NCBI GenBank assembly: GCA_030390025.1
Contig: JASTWF010000088.1
Location: 1,054,001 to 1,118,000 of the forward strand
Length of the DNA: 64,000 bases
DNA from: Squalus acanthias
Taxonomy: Eukaryota
Direction: 5' to 3'
Translations under genes and position numbers: made by a program
Notes under the pieces: generated by a model
Seen by the model: the letters and a program-made list of their open reading frames with translations, nothing else
What the model was told of the DNA's origin: nothing
Database searches by the model: none
Shown: one piece after another, positions 1 to 11,722 of the stretch
Layout: the number at the start of each line of letters is the position of its first letter
Numbering within the stretch: position 1 is the stretch's first letter

Positions 1-130
1 TTAGTGATTTCCCTTCATGTCCAGACTTGCCTGGGGGAAGGGATATGGAGTTAGAATACAGATCACCCATGATCTCATTGAATGGCGGAACAGACTCGAG
101 GGGCTGAATGGCCTACTTCTGTTCCTATTG
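1..130 (+). mobile_element. CR1 LINE 3' end
   Basis: Typical 3'UTR stem-loop and tail: gatcacccatgatctcattgaatggcgg...ggcctacttctgttcctat. Confidence 0.8.
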
Positions 131-297
131 TCTCAAAGTTTCCCCACCCTTCCTTTGACTACCCTTTTACTACTTGTATGTTTATAAAAGAGTTTGGGGT
201 TCCCTTTTATGTTACCCACTCATATTTTCTCATACACTCTCTTTTTTGCCCCTTATTTCTGCACTTTCTGTATTCTGCTTGGTTCTCTACTGTATTA

Positions 298-1779
298 CAG
301 GAAACTCTTTGGTATCCGGCACCGACGGGACCGGCGTGGTGCCGGTTGATCAAAAGTTCCGGATAACGGAGTGTAACATATCAAAATTTGCAGATGATAC
401 TAAGATGGGAGGGAAAGTAGTGAGTGAGGAGGACATAAAAAACCTGCAAGGGGACATAGACAGGCTAAGTAAGTGGGCAGAGATTTGGCAGATGGAATAC
501 AACATTGGAAAGTGTGAGGTGATGCACTTTGGCAGGAAAAATCCTAGAGCAATTTATTATCTTAATGGCAAGAAACTGGAGAGTACTGAAGTGCAAAGGG
601 ATCTGGGGGTCCTGGTGCACGAAACTCAAAAGGTTAGTATGCAGGTGCAGCAAGTGATTAAGAAGGCAAATGGAATGTTGGCTTTCATTGCTAGGGGGAT
701 AGAATATAAAAATAGGGAGGTATTGCTTCAGTTGTACAAGGTATTGGTGAGACCGCACCTGGAATACTGCATACAGTTTTGGTGTCCTTACTTAAGGAAA
801 GACATCCTTGCTCTCGAGGCAGTGCAAAAAAGGTTCACTCGGTTAATCCCGGGGATGAGGGGGTGGTCATATGAGGAGAGGTTGGGTAGATTGGGACTCT
901 ACTCATTGGAGTTCAGAAGAATGAGAGGCGATCTTATTGAAACATATAAGATTGTGAAGGGGTTGGATCGGGTGGATGCGGGGAGGATGTTCCCGATGAC
1001 GGGTGAGACTAGAACTAGGGGACATAGTCTTAGAATAAGGGGCTGCTCTTTCAAAACTGAGATGAGGAGGAACTACTTCACTCAGAGGGTGGTAGGTCCA
1101 TGGAATATGCTGCCACAAAAAGCTGTAGAAGCTACATCATTAAATAAATTTAAAACAGAAATAGACAGTTTCCTAGAAGTAAAGGGCATTAAGGGTTACG
1201 GGGAGCGGGCAGGAATTTGGACATGAGTCTAGGTTCGGATCGGTCATGGCCCTGTGGGTAGTGGAGCGGGCCCAGGGACCGTGTAGCCTGATTCTGCTCC
1301 TATTTCGTGTGTGCAATTCTGTTAGATACAGGAGATGGTTCTGTGATAGTAGATAGTAGATTGGCGGTTAGGATCAGATCAGCCATGATCTTATTGAATG
1401 GCGGAGCAGGCTCGAGGGGCCGATTGGCCTACTCCTGCTCCTATTTCTTATGTTCTTATATCTACCGAGGCTATTTTTAACAAACAAAAATCAGACTCCT
1501 GTTACTGCTGTGTTCGGACTTCCGACAGCGCCAGGAGGCCGAGTAGTGGCACTTTGGAGAACTACCCCCACTGACTAACTCGGCGCTCGCGGGAGACTCG
1601 GACTCGGCAACATTGCCGGTTATTTGAGAGGAGTTTTCGGAGTACTCGGCGTTTGCGGGAGACTCGGACTCAGACTCGGCAACATTGCCGGTTATTTGAG
1701 AGGCGTTTTCGGAGTATGATTTTTGCCGGTTAAGAGAGAATTCCGGATATTTAGGTGCCGGTTAAACAAGAGTTTCCTG
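298..1779 (-). mobile_element. Non-autonomous Tigger/pogo MITE, split by a CR1 insertion
   Basis: TA-flanked; ends are CAGGAAACTCTT...AAGAGTTTCCTG. Both halves match the ends of the full element at 44252-46656 in reverse orientation. Confidence 0.9.
371..1459 (+). mobile_element. 5'-truncated CR1 LINE (RT C-terminal part, intact to stop at 1226)
   Basis: [12 protein letters not shown]...LVRPHLEYC...FTQRVV; 3' stem-loop and ttcttatgttcttat tail. Confidence 0.93.
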
Positions 1780-2103
1780 TATATCTGACATTTATCAAAA
1801 GCTTCCTTTTTCTGTTTCATTTTAATCTCTATATCTTTAGTCATCCAGGGAGCTCTAGCTTTGGATGCCCTTCCTTTTCCTCTCATGGGAATGTGTCCAG
1901 TCTATACCTGAACGATCTCCTCTTTTGAAGGCCTCCCATTGCTCATTTACTGTTTTACCAGCCAATCTTTGACTCCAATCCACCTGGGCCAGATCCCTTT
2001 TCAACTCCCTGAAATTAGCCCTCCTCCAGTTGAGTATTTTCATACTTGATCGTTCCTTGTCCTTTTCCATAACTACTCTAAACCTGATGATTTTGTAATC
2101 ACC

Positions 2104-2520
2104 AAAGCAAAATACTGCGGATGCTGGAAATCTGAAATAAAAACAGAAAATGCTGGAAATACTCAGCAGGGCAGGCAGCACCTGTGGAGAGAGAAACAGA
2201 GTTAATGTTTCAGGTCGATGACCCTTCGTCAGAACTGGACAAAGTTAGAGATGGAACAGGCTTTAGGGAGGGAAAGGGGGGAGGGGAGGAAAGAACAAAA
2301 GGGAAGGTCTGTGAAGGAGTGATTAAATGACAAAAGGCATCATGGTGAAAGACAAAAGGAGATGGTAATGGGACGAGTAAATAAACAAAAGATGTGTCTA
2401 GAGGAGGTGTAAATGGGAATAGCAGAATCATTACCAACAGCTGCTGTCTGGAAAAATGGGGGCGGTGGTTATGATCTGAAATTGTTGAACTCAGTATTGA
2501 GTCCAGAAGGCTGTAAAGTG
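2104..2520 (-). mobile_element. Penelope-like element 3'/pLTR fragment
   Basis: Minus strand encodes TLQPSGLNTEFNNFRS (C-terminal end of a GIY-YIG endonuclease), followed by a pLTR with a hammerhead-like core. Confidence 0.8.
2197..2238 (-). ncRNA. Minimal hammerhead ribozyme motif of the Penelope-like element
   Basis: Minus strand ccagtt-CTGACGA-ag-GGTC-atc-GACC-t-GAAA-cattaact: both core boxes and stem II are present; stem III is imperfect. Confidence 0.6.
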
Positions 2521-4453
2521 AGGGACAGCAACATGGGGCTGGAGAGTGGAGAGAGAGAGCATGGGGAGAACAAAGGGACAGGGAAACATGAGGCTGGAGA
2601 GTGGAGAGACACAGACTGACCATGGGGTACTGAGCGTTAGGGTCATGGGGCTGGAGAGTGAAGAGGGAGAGAGGAACATAGCAGCAGAAGAAGGCTATTC
2701 AGCCCCTTGAGCCTGTTCCGCCAGCCAATTAGATCATGGCTGATCTGTGCCTCGACTCCATTTAAGAACGTAAGAGCAGGAGTGGGCCATACGGCCCCTC
2801 GAGCCTGCTCCTCCATTTAATAAGATCATGGCTGATCATCGACCTCAACTCCACTTTCCCGCCCGATCTCCATATCCCTTGATTCCCCTAGAGTCCAAAA
2901 ATCTATCGATCTCAGCCTTGAATATACTCAAAGATTCAGCATTCACAGCTCTCTGGGGCAGAGAATTCCAAAGATTCGCAAAGAAAGTCCTGCTCATCTC
3001 AGTCTTAAATGGCCTACCCCTTATCCTGAGACTATGCCCCCTAGTTCTAGACACTCCAGCCAGGGGAAACAACCTCTCAGCGTCTACCCCGTCAATCCCC
3101 TTCAGAATCTTGTATGTTTCAATGAGATCACCTCTCATTCTTCTAAATTCCAGAGAGTATAGGCCCATTCTACACAATCTCTCATCATAGGACAGCCCTC
3201 TCCTCCCAGGAATCAATCTAGTGAACCTTCGTTGTACTGCCTCCAAGGCAAGTATATCCTTCCTTGGATAAGGAGACCAAAACTGTGCACAGTACTCCAG
3301 GTGTGGTCTCACCAAGGCCCTGTACAATTGCAGCAAGACTTCCTTACTCTTATACTCCAACCCCCTTGCAATAAAGGCCAACATGCCATTTGCCTTCCTT
3401 ATTGCTTGCTGTACCTGCATGCTAGCTTTCTGTGTTTCTTGCACGAGGTCACCCAAATCTCTCTGAACACCAACATTTGAAAGTTTCTCACCATTTAAAA
3501 AATATTCTGTTTTTCTATTCTTCCTACCAAAGTGAATAACCTCACATTTCCCTACATTATACTCCATCTGCCACCTTACTGCCCACTCACTTAGTCTATC
3601 TATATCCCTTTACAGACACTTTGTGTTCTCCTCACAGCTTACTGTCCCACCTAGCATTGTATCATCAGCAAACTTGGATACATTACATTTGGTCCCTTCA
3701 TCTCGGTCATTAATATAGATTGTAAATAGCTGAGGCCCCAACACTGATCCTTGCGGCACCCCACTAGTTACAGCCTGCCAACCTGAAAAAGATCCGTTTA
3801 TCCCTCCTCTGTTTTCTGTCCGTTAACCAATCCTCTCTCCATGCTACCATATTACCCCGAACCCCATGAGCCCTAATCTTGTGTAATAACCTTTTATGTG
3901 GCACCTTATGAAATGCCTTTTGGAAATCCAAATATACTACATCCACTGGTTCCCCTTTATCTACCCTGCTAGTTACATCCTCAAAAAACTCTAATAAATT
4001 TGTCAAACACGATTTCCCTTCCATAAAACCATGTTGACTCTGCCTAATTATGTTATGATTTTCGAAGTGACTTGATACCACTTCCTTAGCAATGGATTCC
4101 AGCATTTTCCCGACGACTGATGTCAGGCTAACTGGCCTGTAGTTCCTTTTTTTTTCTCTCCCTCCTTTCTTGAATAGCGGTGTTACACTTGTGACCTTCC
4201 AATCCGCTGGGACCATTCTAGAATCTAGGGAATTTTGGAAGATCAAAACCAATGCATCCACTATCTCTTCAGCGACCTCTTTTAGAACCCTAGGATGTAG
4301 GCCATCAGGTCCAGGGGATTTGTAGGCTTTTAGTCCCATTAGTTTCTCTAGTACTTTTTCTCTACTTATATTAATTACATTAAGTTCCTCACCCTCATTA
4401 GACCCTTGGTTCCCCACCATTTTTGGTAGGCTTTTTGTGTCTTCTACTGTGAA

Positions 4454-6703
4454 ATGGAGAGCGAAGAAATTGACTCAGAGACTCAGGTCCTGAATTTAAA
4501 CAAGGGGAATTATGATGCCATTAGACGGGAACTGAGTAGGTCTGATTGGACAACGTTCCTGGGAGGACTGGAGGTAGATAAACAATGGCAAGCATTTAAA
4601 GATAGAATGACAAAATTGCAAAAATTGTTTATACCAATCTGGCATAAAAGGAAATCTAAAAAGGTGACTCAACCGTGGATAACAGGGGAAATTAGAGACA
4701 GCATAAAATCCAAAGATAGGGCGTATAAAATAGCCAAAAAACGCGCCAGAGCGGAAGATTGGGAACAGTTTAAGATAGAGCAAAGGAGGGCAAAGGGCTT
4801 AATCAAGAAGGGCAAAATAGCTTACGAAAGCAAGCTGGCGGAAAATATAAAAACTAACTCCAAAAGCTTTTATAAGTATATCAAGAGGAAAAGACTGGTG
4901 AAAACCAAAGTTGGTCCATTGCAGTCAGATACGGGGGAATATATAATGGGAAATAAGGAAATGGCAGACCAACTAAATGCATACTTTGGGTCAGTCTTTA
5001 CGAAGGAAGACACAAAAAACCTCCCTGGGATATCGGGAAAAATAGGGACATTGGCAAAGGAGGAACTGACGCAAATCAATATCTCTAAGGATATGGTGTT
5101 AAGGAAGCTAAAGGGATTGAAGGCGGACAAATCCCCAGGGCCTGATAACATGCATCCTAGGGTACTGAAGGAGGTGGCCCTAGAGATAGCGGATGCACTA
5201 AGCATGATTTTTCAGAATTCATTAGACTCGGGAACAGTGCCCATGGATTGGAGGGTAGCTAACGTTACCCCACTATTCAAAAAGGGGGGTAGGGAAAAAG
5301 CAGGTAATTACAGACCTGTAAGCCTTACATCAGTTGTGGGCAAAATGCTGGAGTCCATCATTAAGGATGAAATAGCCGAGCACTTAGCAAATGGGGACAG
5401 GATAGGACAGAGTCAACATGGATTTACAAAGGGTAAATCGTGCTTGACTAATCTATTGGAATTTTTTGAGGGAGTAACTGGTAAAATAGATGGGGGAGAG
5501 CCAGTAGATGTGGTGTACCTGGACTTCCAAAAGGCCTTCGATAAGGTCCCACATAAAAGATTAGCATGGAAAATTGAGGCTCATGGGATAAAGGGGAAAG
5601 TATTGACGTGGATAGAGAACTGGCTGTCAGATAGAAAACAGAGAGTTGGAATAAACGGCTCATTTTCTGAATGGCAGGCAGTAACAAGTGGGGTACCACA
5701 GGGATCTGTCCTGGGTCCCCAGCTGTTCACAATTTATATTAATGACCTGGATCAGGGAGTCGAATGCAGCATTTCCAAATTTGCAGACGACACTAAACTA
5801 GGAGGGGGGGTGGGCTCAGAGGAGGAGACCAGGAAGCTCCAGAGCGATTTGGACAGACTGGGTGATTGGGCGGATAAATGGCAGATGCACTATAATGTGG
5901 ACAAGTGCGAAGTTATCCACCTTGGGTGCAGGAACGGGAGGGCAAATTATTATTTAAATGGCAATAAATTGGGAGAGGGGGAAGTACAGAGAGACCTGGG
6001 TGTTCTTGTACACCAGTCACTGAAGGCGAGCATGCAGGTGCAACAGGCGGTCAAGAAGGCAAACGGTATGCTGGCCTTCATAGCAAAAGGGTTGGAATAC
6101 AGGAACAGGGATACCTTGCTACAGCTGTACAGGGCACTGGTGAGACCACACCTCGAGTACTGTGTACAGTTTTGGTCGCCTCATCTGAGGAAAGATGTTC
6201 TTGCCATGGAGGGGGTGCAGCGGCGATTCACCAGGCTGATACCAGGAATGGCGGGATTGACCTATGAGGAGAGACTATGTAGTTTAGGGATGTACACACT
6301 GGAGTTTAGAAGATTGAGAGGGGACCTCATAGAAGTGTATAAAATTCTGACAGGTCTAGACAGATTAGATGCAGAAGGAATGTTTCCCTTGGCGGGTGAG
6401 AACAGAACTAGAGGACATAATTTAAGGATAAGGGCTAAACCATTTAGGACAGAAATGAGGGGGAATTTCTTCACTCAGAGAGTGGTGAACCTGTGGAACT
6501 CATTGCCACAGAGGGCAGTGTACGCCAGCTCATTAAATATATTTAAGAGGGAATTAGATATATTTCTACAGGCAAAAGGGGTTAAGGGGTACGGAGAGAA
6601 GGCGGGGACGGGATACTGAATTGAAGGATCAGCCATGATCTCATTAAATGGCGGAGCAGGCTCGAAGGGCCGGATGGCCTACTCCTGCTCCTATCTTCTA
6701 TGT
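4454..6703 (+). mobile_element. Young 5'-truncated CR1 with an uninterrupted 721-aa ORF2 part
   Basis: ORF 4454-6619 with [38 protein letters not shown] and FADD; 3' stem-loop and tail. Confidence 0.95.
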
Positions 6704-8853
6704 AAAATATTTGTTTAACGTTTCTGCCATTTCCTTATTCCCCATAATAATTTCTCATCTCTCAGCCTCTAAGGGACCAATGTTTACTTTTGCTACTCTT
6801 TTCCTTTTTACATACTTGTCGAAACTCTTACAATCTGCTTTTATATTTCTTGCTCGTTGTCTCTCATTCTATTTTTTCCCCTTTTATCAATTTTTTGGTC
6901 AACCTTTGCTGGTTTCTGAAACTCTCCCAATCCTCAGGCTTACGATTATTCTTTGCAACATATAAGCTTCTTCTTTCAATCTAATGCTATCCTTAACTTT
7001 TTTAGTTAGCCATGGTTGGATCACTTTTCCTGTGGAGTTTTTGTTTCTCGATGGAATGTATTTTTGTTGAGAATTATGAAATATTTCTTTAAATGTTAGC
7101 CACTGCTTATCTACCGCCATATATTTTAATCTATTTTTCCAATCTACCTTAGCCAACTCGCCCCTCATACCTATGTAATTGGCTTTATTTAAGTTTAAGA
7201 CTCTAGTTTCAGACTTGGGCAAGTCACTCTCAAACTTAATGTGAAATTCAAACTTAATGTGAAATTCTATCATATTATGATCACTCTGCCCCAGAGGATC
7301 CTTTACTATGAGATTGCTAATTAACCCTGTCTCATTATAAAATACAAGATCTAAAATAGCCTGTTCCCTGGTTGGTTCCATGACATATTGTTCTAGGAAA
7401 CTGTCCCGAATGCATTCCAGGAACTCGTCCTCCAGGCTACCTTTGCCAATTTGATTTGTCTTGTCTATATGAAGATTAAAGTACCCCAAGATTATTACAT
7501 TACCTTTGTTTCAAGCTCCTACTATTTCTTGATTAATATTCTGTCCAATGGTATAGCTACTGTTAGGGGGCCTATATACTACTCCTACCAGTGTTTTCTG
7601 CCCCTTGTTATTCCTTATTTCTACCCATACTGATTCTACTTCCTGATCTTCCGGCCGAGATCCTTTCTCGCTACTGTCCTTATGTCATCCTTTTATTATC
7701 AAGACTACTCCCCCTCCTTTTCCATTCTGCCTGTCTTTTTGAAACGTCAAGTACCCTGGAACATTTAGTTCCCAACCTTGGCCACCTTGCAACCATGTCT
7801 CTATATTCTGTTAGATTAAACCCATTTATCTCTATTTATGCCATTAGTTCATTTATCTTGTTATGAATGCTTCGTGCATTCAGATAAAGAGCCTTTAATT
7901 TAAATTTTTTACCATTATTCCCTGCTTTAACCTTATTCTCTGCTGCACTGCTACCATTAATCTCTCTGTCCCTGCCTGTCACACTCTGCTTATTTTTCCC
8001 CAAATCGCTACACTGCTCTATTGCCTTGACCTTTCTCTTTAGATTTCTAAATTTCCCCTCACCTGACCCCTCCCCCCCACTTATTTAGTTTAAAGCCCTA
8101 TCTACAGCCTTAGTTATTCGATTCGCCAGGACGCTGGTCCCAGCCTGGTTTAAGTGGAACCTGTCCCAACGGAACAGCTCCCTCTTTCCCCAGTACTGGT
8201 GCCAGTGCCCCATGATTTGAAACCCCTTTTTCTCACACCACTCTTTGAGCCACGCATTTAACTCTCTGATCTGCTTGACCCTATGCCAATTTGCACGTGG
8301 CTCAGGTAGTAATCCAGAGATTATTACCCTTGTGGTTCTGCTTATTAATTTAGACCCTAGCTCCTCAAACTCCCTCAGCAGAACCTCATTCTTAGTTCTA
8401 CTTATGTCGTTGGTTCCTACATGGACCATGACAACTGGATCCTCCCCCTCCCACTCCAAGTTCTTCTCCAGCCACGAGGAGATATCCTTAACCCTGGCAC
8501 CAGGCAGGCAACACAGCCTTCAGGGACCCTCTTTCGCGGCTGCAGAGAACAGTATCTATCCCCCTGACTGTACTGTCCCCTACTGCTACCACATTCCTTC
8601 CTTCTCCCTCTTGCTTGGATGGTCCCCTGTACCACGATGCCATAGTCAGTTTTCCCATCCTCCCTGCAGTTGCGACACACCACTTGCCCTGTCATCTCCA
8701 ACCTTGTTTTATTTATTAATTAATTAGTTAAAGATTTTATTCAATTGATATTTCAGTTTTATTGTTTGATTATTTTATTTAGTTTGTGATTAATTTAATA
8801 AGTATTAGCAAGTTAGTTTCTCAGCTCTTAATTTAACCCCCTTCCCTAACTTA

Positions 8854-9066
8854 AATGAGAAGTCGCACAACACCAGGTTATAGTCCAACAGTTTTATTTG
8901 AAATCACAAGCTTTCGGAGCTGCTGCTCCTTCGTCGGGTGAAGTGACAAAGGAGCAGCAGCTCCGAAAGCTTGTGATTTCAAATAAAACTGTTGGACTAT
9001 AACCTGGTGTTGTGCGACTGCTCATTTTTGTCCACCCCAGTCCAACACCGGCATCTCCGCATCATG
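8854..9066. mobile_element. Short Penelope-like insertion forming an ~82-bp-arm inverted repeat, with 12-bp TSD
   Basis: Arms 8854-8935 and 8945-9026 are reverse complements. TSD ttccctaactta at 8842-8853 and 9067-9078 occurs only once in the sister CR1 near 33465. Confidence 0.8.
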
Positions 9067-9177
9067 TTCCCTAACTTAGAGAGCAAAAAAGAGCTGTAAT
9101 ACTCATCAACCAATCACCTACCTGCTTTCCTGAGACGTCACTCTTTAACGTTGTTTTTGAATCGGAGCCTCGCGCTA

Positions 9178-9833
9178 CTGCTGCTTTAATTCAGGTCCGC
9201 TCTCGGGCTGCTCTATATCCTCTCCCCACTGCCGCTGCTTTAATTCAGGTCCGCTCTCGGGCTGCTCTATATCCTCTCCCCGCTGCCGCTGCTTTAATTC
9301 AGGTCCGCTCTCGGGCTGCTCTATATCCTCTCCCCACTGCCGCTGCTTTAATTCAGGTCCGCTCTCGGGCTGCTCTATATCCTCTCCCCGCTGCCGCTGC
9401 TTTAATTCAGGTCCGCTCTCGGGCTGCTCTTTATCTTCTCCCCACTGCCGCTGCTTTAATTCAGGTCCGCTCTCGGGCTGCTCTATATCCTCTCCCCGCT
9501 GCCGCTGCTTTAATTCAGGTCCGCTCTCGGGCTGCTCTATATCCTCTCCCCGCTGCCGCTGCTTTAATTCAGGTCCGCTCTCGGGCTGCTCTATATCCTC
9601 TCCCCACTGTCGCTGCTTTAATTCAGGTCCGCTCTCGGGCTGCTCTATATCCTCTCCCCGCTGCCACTGCTTTAATTCAGGTCCGCTCTCGGGCTGCTCT
9701 ATATCCTCTCCCCACTGTCGCTGCTTTAATTCAGGTCCGCTCTCGGGCTGCTCTATATCCTCTCCCCGCTGCCGCTGCTTTAATTCAGGTCCGCTCTTGG
9801 GCCGCTCTTTATCTTCTCGCTGCTGCCGCTGAT
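9178..9833 (-). repeat. 54-bp tandem monomers (~12 copies) forming the CR1 5' end
   Basis: Unit ctgctttaattcaggtccgctctcgggctgctctatatcctctccccRctgccg; its reverse complement is the first 54 bp of the sister CR1 at 33300. Confidence 0.9.
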
Positions 9834-11340
9834 TTACCCACCTTTGCTCGATATGTCCCTCACACTCTTACCTAACAAAACACTATCTCCATTTTGAAAG
9901 CTCCAATTGATTCTCAACATCCACAGCCTTTTTGGGAGAGCGTTCCAGATTTCTACTACCCTTCGTGTGAAGAAGTGCTTCCTGATTTCCCTCCTAAATG
10001 GTCTCGCTCTAATTTGAAGATGATGTCCCCTTGTTCTTGATTGCCCCCCCAGAGGGAGTAGTTTCCCTGTATCTACTCTATCAAATCCTTTTAACATTTT
10101 AAACACCTCGATCAGATCACCCTTCAATCTTTGAAACGCGAGAGAATACAAACCAAGTTTATACAACCTGTCCTCATAATTGAACCCTCGAAGCCCCAGA
10201 ATCATCCTGGTGAATCTGCACTGCACCCTCTCTGTACCCTGAACTGAACGCAGTGCTCCAGATGGGGTCTAACCAGAGCTTTATAGAACTGTAACAGAAC
10301 TTCCCCACTTTGTATCCCAGTCCTCGAGACAGGCCAACATTCCATAAGCCTTTTTAATTATTTTTTATCCTTGTCCACTAGCTTTTAGTGATTTCTGTAC
10401 TTGGAGCCCTAAATCTCTCTGCACCTCCACAGTTCCCAGCCTCTCGCCATTTAGAAAATACTCTATTCGATCTTTCTTGGGTCTAAAGTGGATGAGCTCA
10501 CACTTTCTCACGTTGAACTCCATCTGCCACAGTTTTACCCACACTTAATCTAACGATGTTCCTTTGCAACTTCCTGCTCACATCTACACAACTTACTGTC
10601 CATAACTTAGTCTCATCGACAAACTTAGATAGACAACTCTCTATTCCTTCATCCAAGTCATTTATAAATGTGGTGAAAAGCTGAGGCCCCAGAACAGATC
10701 CCTGGGGACACCACTAGTCACAATCCACCAATCAATCAGAGTACCTACCCTTTATCCCCACTCTCTGTCTCCTACCTCCCAACCAATTTCCAACACAAGT
10801 CTAAAGACCACCTTCAATTCCATGCACTCTCATTTTTGCTAAGTCTCTTGTGTGGAACCTTATCGAATGCCTTCTGGAAGTTCATATAAATAACATCCAT
10901 AGACACTCCCATAGCTACCTCATTAGTGACCTCCTCAACATAATCAACTAGATGAGTCAGACCTGACTTACCTTAACAAAGCCGTGCCTCTCTCTGATCA
11001 GTTCATATTTGTTCAAGTGCTCAGTCACTCTGTCCCGAATAACAGATTCTAGTAGGTTCTCAAACCCAATGTTAAACTGACTCCCTATAACTCCAACCTT
11101 TCTGTCTTCCTCCTGCCTTGGACTGCCTCCTACTCCATGGTGCCTTGGTCAACATTGTGGCCATCCTTCCCAAAGCCTTGATCCTTATCCCCACAGGCAG
11201 CAAGCACATCGTACCTGTTGAACAGGACCAGACTCCGCGGTCCCTCCTTCACTAGATTACCCAACCCTGCTGACCATCAGTCACAATCCTCCTCCTGAAC
11301 CTGTACCTCTCTACTTGGTGTGACTGAAATCTGCAGTAAA
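9834..11340 (-). mobile_element. Older CR1 fragments (RT C-terminus and ORF1 remnants)
   Basis: RFTRMILGLRG...FFTRRVVEIWNALP; degenerate RT upstream. Confidence 0.8.
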
Positions 11341-11343
11341 CTA

Positions 11344-11649
11344 GGCCCCTCTCCCTCAGTCTGTCAGTGGGTGGGTTACCCCGGGCCCCTCTCCCTCAGT
11401 CTGGCAGTGGTTGGGTTACCCTGGGCCCCTCTCCCTCAGTCTGGCAGTGGGTGGGTTACCCTGGGCCCCTCTCCCTCAGTCTGTCAGTGGGTGGGTTACC
11501 CCGGGCCCCTCTCCCTCAGTCTGGCAGTGGGTGGGTTACCCCGGGCCCCTCTCCCTCAGTCTGTCAGTGGGTGGGTTACCCCAGGCCCCTCTCCCTCAGT
11601 CTGGCAGTGGGTGGGTTACCCTGGGCCCCTCTCCCTCAGTCTGGCAGTG
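11344..11649. repeat. 40-bp minisatellite, ~7.5 copies
   Basis: Unit ctccctcagtctgKcagtgggtgggttacccYgggcccct. Confidence 0.95.
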
Positions 11650-11722
11650 ATGTTGATGATTGAATTGCAGGGAGCAATGTTAATTATCTGACCAATGAGA
11701 TGCTGCATTCAGTCACTCAGCT

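Larger units (their letters stand above)
131..2103 (-). mobile_element. CR1 ORF2 fragment interrupted by the Tigger MITE (298-1779)
   Basis: Minus-strand peptides KILNWRRANFRELKRDLAQVDW and APWMTKDIEIKMKQKKEAFDKCQ continue across the MITE. Confidence 0.8.
2765..9833 (-). mobile_element. Near full-length degenerate CR1 (5'UTR, ORF1 esterase, ORF2 APE-RT, 3'UTR) with nested insertions
   Basis: ORF1 VHVGTNDI...ISGLLPEPR (8085-8459); EN FNLHID/SDHN (6899-7489); RT at 3764-4420 and 2845-3567; frameshifted. Confidence 0.93.

Noticed and set aside
174-1226. 350-aa ORF with a hydrophobic N-terminus fused to RT
   Set aside because: Chance in-frame join of antisense CR1, a MITE end and a CR1 RT fragment.
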